Below, piece after piece: positions 25,370-37,262 of a DNA stretch of 64,000 bases; position 1 is the first letter of the stretch; each line of letters opens with the position of its first letter. The DNA lies in the NCBI RefSeq assembly GCF_033153115.1, contig NW_026889785.1, positions 6,386,001-6,450,000 of the forward strand, written 5' to 3'. The notes under the pieces are model-generated. The model was not told the origin of the DNA, did not search any database, and saw nothing but the letters and a program-made list of their open reading frames with translations. A program made the translations under genes and the position numbers. This DNA is from Saccostrea echinata. Its lineage: Eukaryota.

Positions 25370-27600
25370 CATGAAATATATGGAGATAACGAACAGTATT
25401 CAAGCTCAAAAGTCCATTAATCAATACAAAATAGGAGCAGAGCAAACACGGACCTCCAAACATCAGAGGTGGGATCAGGTGCCATGGAGGAGTGAGCATC
25501 CCCTGCCGACCGGTCACACCCGCCGTGTGCTCCTTGTCATGATCGGGAAATAACGGAAAAATCCGTCGACAATTCAGTGTGTAAATAATGGCCTAACAAT
25601 TAGTGTGAAAAACATCAGTCAGCATTTGACTCAATGATAAATTGTATTTGCTGACAAGGTCATTGTATCGACCATAGAACTTACGAAATGATGACTTTAA
25701 ACGAGACAGCTGATATTCTTTTTTCATCAACTTATTTGTCAATAATTTACCTCGTTTTAGAAATTGTACATACGTAGAGCATGCTCTTGCGTATCGAATC
25801 AACTGAGAGATATATACCCCGTATGCAGGTTATGAAAGTATATTGCTGCATAAGTAAGGGAAGTTGACGATTGAAAAGTTAAAGTCATCACGTTTATCAT
25901 GAAGCTTGGTTGTTAGATTACCATTAACGTCTTTTTCAAGTAAAATATCCAAATATGAAACAGATGTGTCAGACTCTGTGGTATCTTTTATCTCAAGTTC
26001 ACAAGGATATATCACTACTGTAATGATTTTCCCCTTAGATTCCAAAAAATCCCCTGACGTTCCCCTGTCTGTCCCTGACATTTTCCTGTCTCCCGCTGAC
26101 TTTCTCCTATGATCCCCTGTCGTTGTCCCTGACTACCCTGTCTTCTCCCTGACGTCCCCTGACTTTGCCCCTGTTACCACTGTCTAGCCCCTGATGTCCC
26201 CTGACATTCCCTGACGTCCCTGTCAACTCCCTGATATCCCCTGACTAAGTCCCTGACCACCCTGCCAACCCCCTGTCGTCCCCTGACATTCATTTTGACC
26301 AGGAAAAAGGGTTAAAATATGTCTTTGTTGCTATTTACTTGTGAGAAAATTGATACCTTACTCCTAGCAATTTTCAAGTTTTGTGAAAATGTAGATTTAA
26401 TCAGTAGTTTTTCTGTCTGAAATATAATTAGCGAATTCTATCAAAATATTATTTTATTGATTGTTACTAGCTTTTCAGATAAATCTTAATAAGGATAAAT
26501 GCCGATACTTAAAAAAATAAACTATTGCGTCTTGTGTAGCACGAATGGCATGTAAATATATTTTTGTTTATTTATTTATCTGTTTTTTTTATTTATTTAT
26601 TTGTTTATTGATTTTATTCATGTATCTGTTTATTTATTAATTTGTCTGCTTATTTATCTATTCTTTTTTTCCATTAATGTATTTATTTTTGTATTCAATC
26701 TATCTATTTAATTTATTTTTACTTATTTGTTTTATTTAATTACGAATAAACAAATGGATATATTTAATAATTCAATAAGGAAAATATATCTAAAAAGAAA
26801 TACATGAATAGATTTAATTAATAAATTAGTCAATAAATAAATAAATAAATACATGTGGATATATAGATGAACATATAAATAAATATAGATATATTTACTT
26901 GCCATTCATGACAAGACGCAATATAAATTTGTTATTCATTCTTTTCAAAGTAACTGGCATTTATTCTCCATAAATTTTATCTAAACACTACATATACTAA
27001 ACTAAAACAATCATATACAATCATATTAAGAAATAAATTACTCAAGGTATTCAAACAAATAACAATTGACTAAGTATATATATTTTCACAAAACTTAAGA
27101 ATTGCCAAGAGTAATGTATTTCTCACAAGTAAATAGCAACAAAAACATATTTTAACCCTTTTTCTGGGTCAAAATGAATGTCAGGGGACAACAGGGAATT
27201 GACAGGGTGGTCAGGGACTTAGTCAGGGGACATCAGGGAGTTGACAGGGACGTCAGGGAATGTCAGGGGACATCAGGGGTTAGACAGTGGTAACAGGGGC
27301 AAAGTCAGGGGACGTCAGGGAGTAGACAGGGTAGTCAGGGACAACGACAGGGGATCATAGGAGAAAGTCAGCGGGAGACAGGAAAATGTCAGGGACAGAC
27401 AGGGGAACGTCAGGGGATTTTTTGGAATCTAAGGGGAAAATCATTACAGTAGTGTATCGTATCGACATAAGAATGGAAATAGCCATTGTTAATTGACAAT
27501 ACGTCATCGATATATCTAAATGTCGAGTTGAAGGCCACAGCAAGTGTTTTCTTCTTTTCACGTACAAGATTTTGGACAAATTCTGCTTTATATCATAACG
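25370..27600 (-). pseudogene. 5'-truncated Penelope-like element: RT C-terminus plus 3' tail, split by a CACTA element
   Basis: Removing 26013-27454 and one TSD restores FRYIDDVLSINNGYFHSYVDTIYPCELEIKD..YLDILL..DKRDDFNFSIVNFP..QLIRYARACS..FYGRY. No GIY-YIG domain follows the RT. Confidence 0.85.
26013..27454. mobile_element. CACTA/EnSpm-type non-autonomous fold-back element
   Basis: CACTA...TAGTG termini, 3-bp TSD TAT, near-perfect TIR of more than 300 bp built from CCCTG(A/T) subrepeats, (TTTA)n/(TAAA)n centre. Confidence 0.9.
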
Positions 27601-28790
27601 AAAATATTCTCTAAGTAAAAGTATGAGGGGCTTAAGTTCCAAGATAATAAATTTGACAAATGTGTAGATTTGAAGAATTTTCTTCAAAATATCCTTCCAC
27701 CACAAGAAAAAGTCCCTCATAAATCTTGCTTCTTTATGAATTTGAGAGCAGTTTTTTAATTGAATGTTGAATAATTTGCATTGTTTCATTTAAATATGTT
27801 ATAAAAATTGAATTGTAATAAATAGTTTTGAAGTTAAAGGTTCTGAATGAACTTTTCTAAAAAGCTGACGAGTGACACACCTTAAAGGGTTTTTATCACG
27901 TATCTAAATTTCTTAAAAATGAAACACTATTATATTCTTGAAACATATAATTATCGTTTAATTTTTGAAATAATGTTGAAAACAGCCGTAGTTTGACGAT
28001 AAAACGCCCGTAAAATAGGGTCCTCGAAGTAAAAATTTCCACTAATTAGATAGGGGTCACGTGGTACTGAAACGTCATAGGTGTCAATGGTCAATAGAAC
28101 TCGTAAAGCTTATCGTAAGAAAAAATATAATGAATAGATTTTTACGCTAAATAAATAGATTACACAATATGGCCGGTTAAAATTTTGACATCGGCTATAT
28201 TCCTTTGGTTATGGACGGTCAATCTTCTATGTATGAACGTCCAGCAGAGAGAAATAATACCCCAGGGGGTAAGGAGGGCTGTTCTTCCTCCCATGCATAT
28301 TTGGTCTTCTCTTCTTTTCAACCCGCTAGACACTTGCGTGATATCTCCGACCTAAATTTTGAAAATCTGTATTATACACATATTCCAGAGAGAGAGAGAG
28401 AGAGATTAACTTACACTTTTCACTTGTACGGGAGCAAGTGAAAGTCTTGTGCCATTTGGCAGGGCGGAGGCCTCCGACATGGAGTAAAGCTTGGGCTCGA
28501 AAAAGTCTTGTACTGTTTTTTATTCAGCCTCGCTGTGAATGAGTCTTTAAAAAAAGTAACTTCTTAATTTTGTAAGGTAGGAAATAATGACGAACGAAAC
28601 TTTTTTCGAAAAATTTAAAGAGTTTAAAATGAACCCAGTAAAATGAATATTTTTAAGAATTGATGTTTCTGGTTGGTTTTGTAAAACACATACCATACAA
28701 TCAGCTTTCAGCTCATGTCCGATTGATTGATTGATAAGTGCTATTGATGATTTTATAATATTTCCCAGCTTTCATTTTATCTGCTGTGTC

Positions 28791-28995
28791 TTTTTAGGTC
28801 ACCCGAGTCACTCAGGTGACCTATTGCTATCCTTTTTTGTCCGTCGTCGTACGTCGTTCGTAAACTTTTGAACATTTTTATCTTCTTATCTAGAACCACT
28901 GAACCAATTTCAACCAAATTTGGCATATAGCATCTATGGGTGAAGGGGAGTAAAAATTGTGAAATTCATAGCCCCTGCCCCCCAGGGGCCTGAGG
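28791..28995 (+). mobile_element. HINE 5' fragment
   Basis: T-run, hairpin aggtcacccgagtcactcaggtgacct, then gtccgtcgtcgt tract. Confidence 0.7.
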
Positions 28996-29035
28996 AACAA
29001 CTCCTTACTTCGCGACTCTTAGAGCATACGCTCTA

Positions 29036-30042
29036 CGCAGGACTGTTAAGGCGTACTACAAAGAAAGCAACGGAATATTAACATGCATATATATACATAT
29101 ACCTTTTTAAACTGAATTTATTTTTGTAAAGGTATTATATTATCACATGACTTTAATTTTAATTGAAATAGCATTGTATTACCCGCTCTGTACGGAATTC
29201 GGTTTGGTCATGTTATTTGACAGTCACGTGATACATGCATGTAATGTGTACTGTATATAGGTCATAAACGAATTTCAAAATCGCAAGGGCATACCCTAGT
29301 TAGAATTAAAAATTTCAGTAATTAATTGTTTCTACTACATAACATGTGGTTTATAAAAAGTGCTGCTGCTTTACATAGAATTCGCCTTTTATTAGTTTTA
29401 ATTTCAAGTTATTTAGCTCTAGTCGAAATATGTTTGACCTTTACCAGGTATTTTAAATATTTATTCAGTAATGCTCTCGATTTCAGGAAAGCAGCAGCAC
29501 TTTTCAAGTTAAGGAATGCTTCCGTTATGCATATTCAAAAAATGGTCAAGGTCTACAAAGTGTATGCCCTTGCGAAAAGGCGATTTAATGAGGCACCTCG
29601 GCGTGAAACATGCACAACATGTACAAAAAAAACCCGGTAGATTTAATTCAATAGATTCTCTCGATAATTTTTAAATAATGGCACTAAACAAAGGTTTCAG
29701 ATTTGTATTAATGGTCTAATATTCTGTTTAATAATAAAATGCGTTTTCACTGTGGAAAAATTACTTGATCCGCCTCTCACTGCACATAAAATGCGTCAAA
29801 TTTTACCATGATGACATCATGCCAACAAATGCATTGTGATCAGTGACTAGTTTATATCTTGCTGTGTGGGATTTCACTAGCAACAAAAATGAATGCGGTG
29901 GTAAGTTTTGATGTAGTTTTAAATCGCATATTATTTATATTTCCGTTATAGTGAGGAATTGCTATATTTGTGTAATGTCACAGTAGACATTTCCCATATA
30001 AATTAGGCCCCACCCCCTTTATGCAGCCTTAACAGAGCTGCG
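29036..30042. mobile_element. ~1-kb TA-flanked non-autonomous DNA element inserted in a SINE head
   Basis: TA|cgcaggactgttaaggc ... gccttaacagagctgcg|TA. The flanks rejoin into the SINE head seen at 13107-13166. Confidence 0.7.
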
Positions 30043-30604
30043 TAACCACTGCACCACGCGGGCGACAAATAGCAATTGTGTAACCTACATTTATTAGGTT
30101 CATCGACAGGGGTTTCATTCACTTGGACCCTGTTAACTTGGCTGCAGCTGGTGACCAGTCGGTGTATAGGAAGTACAACTTGCTCTCGAGCTGTCATTTT
30201 CCTATGTCAAAACATTAAAGCGAAAGTAGATTTTTCGGAACCTCTTTAGAACTTGTGATAAAGCCAGTTTCGCCTTTGTATTTTGTTTTTGTACTTTGGT
30301 TGAAATAACATGTAAAGAAAGGTGGAATTACAAATAAGTCGTTCTGTTGTCGTTAATCAAGTTCTAATATAAATCGCATTATTTTGCTAGGTACTGTTCT
30401 GAAAGGTTTCCAACAAATTCGAAACTATGTTTATATTTTATATTTCCTTCTCTACAAAGTAACATGGCCGTAGGACCCCCCCCCCCCCCCCCCAATAATT
30501 TTGCCGATATATAGAATACTGTAGCAGACATAGATACTATCTGCTTGTGCTCCCTCAATAAAAACATCTGATGCCCCCTTTTTTTTCTCTTTTTTTCCTT
30601 GTCA

Positions 30605-31553
30605 GGAGGTATGGTGGGGTCACAATGGGCAATCAAAGTTTTACATAGGAATACATAGGGAACATCTTTGAAAATCTTCTTCTCGAGAACAGTGAAGCGA
30701 TGATTGGTTATATTTATATGGAAGCTTCCTCAGGTAGTGTAGATTCAAGTTTGGTCAACTCATGACCCCCAGGGGTAGGGTGGGGCCGCAATGGGCAATC
30801 AAAGTTTTACAAAGGAATACATAGGAAAAATCTTAAAAATCTTCTTCTCAAGAACAGCAAAGTCATGATTGGTCATATTTATATGGAAGCATCCTCAGGA
30901 AGTGTAGATTCAAGTTTGTTCAAATGACGACCCCTGGGGGAAGGTTGGGGCCACAATGGGTGATCAAAGTTTTACATAGAACTTCTTTAAAAATCTTCTT
31001 CTCAAGAACAGCAAAGCCATGTATAATTGGTCAAATTTATATGGAAACATCCTGAGGTAGTGTAGATTTAAGTTTGGTCAAATCATGACCCCAGGGGGTA
31101 GGGTGGGGCCGCAATAGGCAATCAAAGTTTTACCTAGGAATACATAGGAAAAATCTTTAAAAATCTTCTCAAGAACAGCATAGCCATGATTAGTAATATT
31201 TAAATGCAAGCATCACCAGGCAATGTAGATTCAAATTTGTACAAAGCATGACCCCTCCCCCCAGGAGAATAGAGGGGCCATAACAAGGGATCATAGTTAT
31301 ACAAAGGAATACAAAGAATATGTCAATCAAACTTTTCTTTTTAAGAACAGCAAAGCCATTTTTTGTCTTCTTAATTCAAAAGCATCAAAAGAAGTAAAGA
31401 TTCAAGTAAGTTCAAGTTAACACCCCCACACCCCTCCCCCACCCACCCAACCACCCCTCGAATTTTATATTTAAACTTTTCAAGACTGAACTGATTTCTG
31501 CTTTTTCCTAGCCAGAGTGCTCGGGTGAGCGACTTGGCCCCTGGACCTCTTGT
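30605..31553 (+). repeat. About five ~166-bp Cg170/HindIII-like satellite monomers followed by a HINE 3' end
   Basis: ggcc(a/g)caatggg..atcaaagttttac recurs at ~30617, 30784, 30949, 31107 and 31276; ends ggtgagcgacttggcccctggacctcttgtt. Confidence 0.85.
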
Positions 31554-32072
31554 TTCTTATATAACTGCTACCGATAAACGGTACCATTCCCAATGTCAAA
31601 AAACGTGTAATTTTTCCCAATTTTGAGACTAAAAATTCCCAATTTAACTGCCAAGCAACAGACTACGATGACATCGTATTTCTTTTTATATGAAACATTG
31701 TACAAGTTGACTAATTGTATCACTTCCGCTTAAATCGAAAGTAGAGATTAGTCTGGCGGGACAGCGTAGTGTCAAATATTTTGACAAATTGAAAGCATGA
31801 AAATGTAAAAACAAGGACATTGATATGGAAAACAATAATAAATGATGTTTATTCTTTAAAACACGGAGTAATAGGTAAAGAGGTTGGAATAAACGAAAAA
31901 TACGTTTAATTTATTTAAATGACAGAAAATTCTCCTTTGTTTTACTTTGATGATATTTTTCCCAATTGAACCGGTACCGGACCCTTTCCCAACTGGTAGG
32001 AAAAATCGCTGTCATAATATCATTACATGTACTTTTACTGTAAAACTAAACTATTTAAAAAAAAAAAAACAG

Positions 32073-35000
32073 TGGATGCCACAGAAGTAAACATTACAGT
32101 GACGATAAAAACAACCACTGATAACTGGAATTTCAAGGAGGGGCCGGAGGACTTACAGTGCTGCTATCCCACAAGTTGACATGGGATGGGTTTGGATAGG
32201 ATTCAGGATTGAGGATTCACGATAGAAACATATAGCAGTTAATCCAATCCTATCCTATCCTGTATCCTACAGCCAATCAGATTCGAGTAAAGGTTGATTC
32301 ATATTTCAGAATTAATTACAAAAACGGAATATGTTTTAAAACGTTTACAAAAGAAATATTTATAAAATTACAATAGAAAATACACATATTTTGTTTATTT
32401 TAACACAAATTAATAATTAACTTCGAGTGACATTGCGTACGATTTAACCGTGAACGATCACCGGAAGAATCTTCGCATGTAAACAACGAGGAGTTCGGAC
32501 ATCAAGAGAACTTATTTTCTTCAGCATGTTTGGATGATTAAACCAATTCCTACTTGTTTTAAAGTTCAATAACATGTAAATGTGTTAAATGTGCTCTGTT
32601 TGTCTGGATAATTCTACACAAACTGCCAACGGCGGACTTGGAACAGATCGATATCGCAGTTGTTTGGTGCAAGAACATTTAAGTATACTACACACTGTAC
32701 ATGTGTGCATGTTTATACATTTCCCCCCTTTAAACAATGTTATAATAGCTTGAGCTATCAAAATTTTATTCTATTATAATATAGACAAAAATCGGGTGTG
32801 GAAAAATAGGTAGTGTAGGAAGGGGTGGGGGTTAAAAATTTACAAATACTCTGTCATGATTCAATGTGTTCTAAAACAATAAGATGTATTTAATAATTAT
32901 GCCTTTTTCAGTTTGTTATTACTATATTATTTCCCTACTGTGGTTTAGAGAAATTAATTCGAGTGCGATTATAATAAAATAAAGACAGAATCATTTCTTA
33001 TGCTACTGTTTTAATTGTATTATAAGCCAACTCAGCACTTACATGTACATTGCACATGTATGTATGACCTATTCTGGGTAATGAATTATAAATTATTCAT
33101 TTTTCTTCATTCCAGAGAATGATACTTGACTTTGCCTGCCCTCATCAAAATATTTTGTGAGGAAAAAAGGATTTTACATTTAAAAAGTAGGTATGATTAT
33201 TAACATGTGTTTATGCATGGGTATCAGGATAATAAATACATATCATTATCAGAGTTGAGATGAAGTTTCTGTAGATTCTCTGAATAAGTGATTTTTCTTC
33301 TTAAAAAAAAAAGAGTTAAACTGAAAACAATGTGTTATTGTTCTGGTCATCATTATGTTATATGTATTTTCATAATTTTTTCTTATTCAAATTTTAAGCA
33401 AAGAAGAAAACAAACAATATAACATAAATAGATTAATACAAGCAGAAAAATTCAAAATAGAGAAAAAACCCCAAACAAATGTACTCATACTAGTTAACAA
33501 GTTGACGAGATGAAATGAATTACAATTTACAAGTAAATTATGATTGTTTAATTAAGATATGACTATGAAGTTGCAGTATAAGATTTGAGTTTGCTTGATT
33601 TCTTTAAATGCATTACTCTGTGAGAGAAAAAGGTAAAATTCAGCCAGTCGTACATGAAATCAGAAAGATAATCACAATAAAATACAGTTTTAATGTTTAA
33701 TGTATATGACAAAATTGCGCAATCTACATGCATATATTGTTATAATCATGACAATAATTGTTTTTTTAGGATGATCCTGCATATTTGCTGCTGTACATAT
33801 TGCAGTTCATCTCATCTGCTGCTGGAATAAACATGAAAGATGTTCAAACCACTGTACAAGAGCCCCCTAGAGTCTGAAATCATGATTTTTTTTAAGGAGA
33901 TCAGTGTGTGAAGTATTTGTTTTCTGTGCATTGTTGACAATTTTGAAACTGTTCGGTTACTTATGACTAGCTCTTTGACACAAACTTTGACATTTGAAAT
34001 TCAATTTGAGTGACGGACAAGCAGGTGAAATCATATGCATGTAAAACATCATACAATTGGAAAGGACATTGATAAACTTAAATTTAAACAGATATCATGT
34101 ACATGTATCTGTGAGCTTGGCATTGAAATACATGTATACTTCTGATGAATTTGTATTATAATGGAACATTAAATTGTTATACATTGTAGATAAAAAAAAT
34201 AAAATTGTAGATGAGATTTATTTGGCCCAAAATATATATATTTAACACTGAAGAGGCAATTACCCTGAATAAAATATTGTCAACTTGGTCAAGCATTTTT
34301 GTTCCTCATTTAGACCCTGAATAACATTCAAGATCAAATGTCAATGTCAATAACAAAATTTACTTAAATATGGCTTATAAATACTGAAACTACTGTGAAT
34401 TCATATACATGTTTTATAAGAAAGAATTCGAAGGAATATGTGTGTGTTCACTGCAATAATTATTGCTGTTAATCTATCTGACTATGAAGATTTATGAAAA
34501 TGTTTTCTAGCTGTTAAACATAAATTAAATTCTCACTCATAAAGATATGGTTATTGAAATACATTTGTATGACACTGAACTGACCATAAACTAAAAACAA
34601 AGTGAAGTGAAATAAGAAAATTTAACATTTTGAATATCTTGATTTTTATTTAGCAAACATGATAAAGTTTTTGCATGTTTGTAAAATATTCAAATTCAAA
34701 CAATGATGAACTGAACAACGCAAACAAGAATAACTTTAAACAATGAATATAAAGCAAATTTTAATCATACATTTAATTATTTTTTTTACATGTTTAATAA
34801 ATAAAAGTCAAGATATTCTAAATGTCTGTTCTTGGTTTATGGTCTTGTCATACATGTATCTTCTTTCTGGATTTACATGAGTATGAATAAAATCTAAGTT
34901 AGGTATATATACATGTATTATTTTTCATGGTGCTCAGATTACAGTTTAGGGAAAAATAGAGTTTTGCATAAATTATACATGAAACATATAACTGTTAAAA

Positions 35001-36035
35001 CATCCAACATACCCTCCTTTTTTCATTATTCAGTATGTGTAGAGATATTGTATTTTCAATGGGTACGGTTATTCTACAGTGTTTTACCATCCCCGCATGA
35101 AGGTATAGACATCAATAGTCTGATTCTCATAATTAAAGAGCTTAAATTTTGTTCGTTTAGTCTACTAATTAATAATCATAACATTAGAAAAGTATCTGAA
35201 GTCTTAGTTGTTGTCCCCCCCCCCTTTTTTCCCCACGATTTCCCCTCTCTAACTTTAACCCCATTTATTTATCAAAGTGTATAAATTCGAAAAGAAGTCG
35301 CAAATACCGTGACGTCTCTCGATATCATTAGTTTGTGAAATTAAATCAAAATAAAGTCGGATTAAACATTTTTTCTATAATTATTTTGAAAGCTTACTTT
35401 CTTTACACATTCGCTAGATCAGTACTTGCCTATGTTTTATTACAGTCCCTTTGTTTACATTTTAACTGGGTACTCGAAAATTAATTCGTATGGGGTGTCG
35501 GGAATTAATGGATGTCGATCTCGATTTTTTTATCATTAAAACATATTAAATAAAATCCATAATTATAACTAATTTATATATGATGGTCATTTTATTATTT
35601 TTTCGTTTTGTCAAATTAACTCTTAAATATTAAAAAACTGAAAGTAGCAGGATAGGATAGGATAGGATTAGACTGAAATCACAGGATAGGATTGTGGATG
35701 CAGGATTCACGATAGGATAGGATAGGATTGTCAACTTATAGGATAGCAGCACTGTAGAAATAGGCATGGTTGTGGCCATCACACCAATCCGTCAAAGGGA
35801 TGTTGTTGATGGAGAGCCATGGCTGGCCATAACTAATGACGTGTCCAAAGCCAGAATCAAAGTATCATGGCTGAAGGGGAGTCACACCACCAATAGGATA
35901 CCAAATCCAGACTTTGAAGGGTGTGCTCCAGATAGCATCCCTAGAAATAGAGTGGCATGTAGTTTTAAGTTCATTCATGACAAAATCTTTCCAGGCTACA
36001 TTGTAGATAAACTGAAGAAGATATTTAAAAACTAA
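32073..36035 (+). pseudogene. Terminal exon of an unknown protein (Tudor/SH3-like beta domain), split by the 32156-35754 insertion
   Basis: Removing the insertion gives an unbroken frame DATEVNITV..WNFKEGPEDL|EIGMVVAITP..PWLAI..IKVSWLKGS..KLKKIFKN*. Confidence 0.6.
32156..35754. mobile_element. 3.6-kb TA-flanked non-autonomous element (Tc1/mariner-like termini)
   Basis: TA|cagtgctgctatcccacaagttgaca ... tgtcaacttataggatagcagcactg|TA; (GGATA)n-type tracts near both ends; no transposase seen. Confidence 0.8.
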
Positions 36036-37262
36036 GATACAAAAATTCCATGTTAAATTATGTCCCCCAAAAGACTTACAGGAACATAATGATTTTACTG
36101 TTTTTTCTTCTTACTTTTTAATTCTTCTTCAGAACTTTTTTTGTGCCAGAATGTTCTCATTTAAGCAGTCATCTGATTTAGATGAACCCTTTTCAGGGTT
36201 AATAGGCAAATAGTTGTAGATGTGTGGAATGAAGCTGATTTAGTTTGTACATGCATGCACATGTATGTGTGCTTGCAATGAGTTAATTAAATGATTGATA
36301 TACTTGATAAAGGAATATAAAGATATATTATTTTGTTGTCTGAATAAGACGACATAATAATCAAATATTAACATTACCCCGTGTGCATGCATTTACCCTA
36401 CACTTTGAGTGGCTGAAACAAAAATACTAATGTCTATAATACAAAAAAATTGTCAAATGAACTTAAAGGGAATAGAGCACTAATAAGGAGTAAGGGTAGT
36501 ATTGGGGATCATCTGTATCAGTCTCCATTAATATTAGAATTAGTTTCATAATATGACATGCCAGTGCAAGCTCCCGGGTATGTGTTTTATAAACTTGTAT
36601 TTTTCATTCTTACAGTTCATGTGCTTGCTCAATTTAAATTACCATTTGCTCGTATCTTTGAAAAGGAACAATGCCTTATACTAAAAGTTACTGGAATGAC
36701 ATCTGTGTAAAGTATTTTAGGTCAATCTTAAATGAATTGTACTTTGTTTATGTCATGCAAAGAAATGAAGTTTGAAAGATTACACTTTCAATGTCAAGTT
36801 TTTTTTTTGCTTATTAAGGGCCGCCAGGAGGCGGTCCGTTATTTGATATACATTTAGAAACTGTGACTGTATTTCTGCGGGATAGTTTTTTTTTCAGAAT
36901 TACTATTTACACTTATTTTTATGTATTAAAAGTAAAGTTTCAGGTATATAATATTAAGTAAATTTTTATGCTTATAATAATATTATGAATACGTCAAAAA
37001 CAATTTAAAATCATTACATTTTGTTGTTTTGCTCGTAAATATGAAGTAGGTCATGGCATTGATAATCTATTCGGAAAATATCGGAGTTTTTTCATTGTTG
37101 TCAACACAATGTATCGGGATCGGTATACACAATATTAGTACCAACAAAGGATTTTCCTTCCCGCGCTTTCCTTTGTGCATTCGGATGATTACGGTATTTA
37201 TCGCACAAATTCTCGACACACGTGGTTGCGGTTACAGTGCGGTACTCAGGCTGACAGAGAAA

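Larger units (their letters stand above)
23614..27881. mobile_element. TTAA-flanked non-autonomous element (Kolobok-like)
   Basis: TTAA|ggtatgtcactcgt ... acgagtgacacacc|TTAA: 14-bp TIR with 1 mismatch and purine-purine termini. Hosts the Penelope and CACTA insertions. Confidence 0.65.

Noticed and set aside
25290-25553. ORFs MTGRQGMLTPPWHLIPPL and MVPIFN
   Set aside because: They overlap the non-coding structured tail of the Penelope-like element, and the frames are not kept in the other copies.
25593-27600. Selenocysteine recoding in the Penelope-like RT
   Set aside because: The in-frame stop at ~25830 is TAA, not TGA, and I could not identify a convincing SECIS geometry in the tail.
30605-31400. 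Regularly spaced repeats as a CRISPR array
   Set aside because: Whole ~166-bp units repeat with no unique spacers; no cas genes; eukaryotic context.
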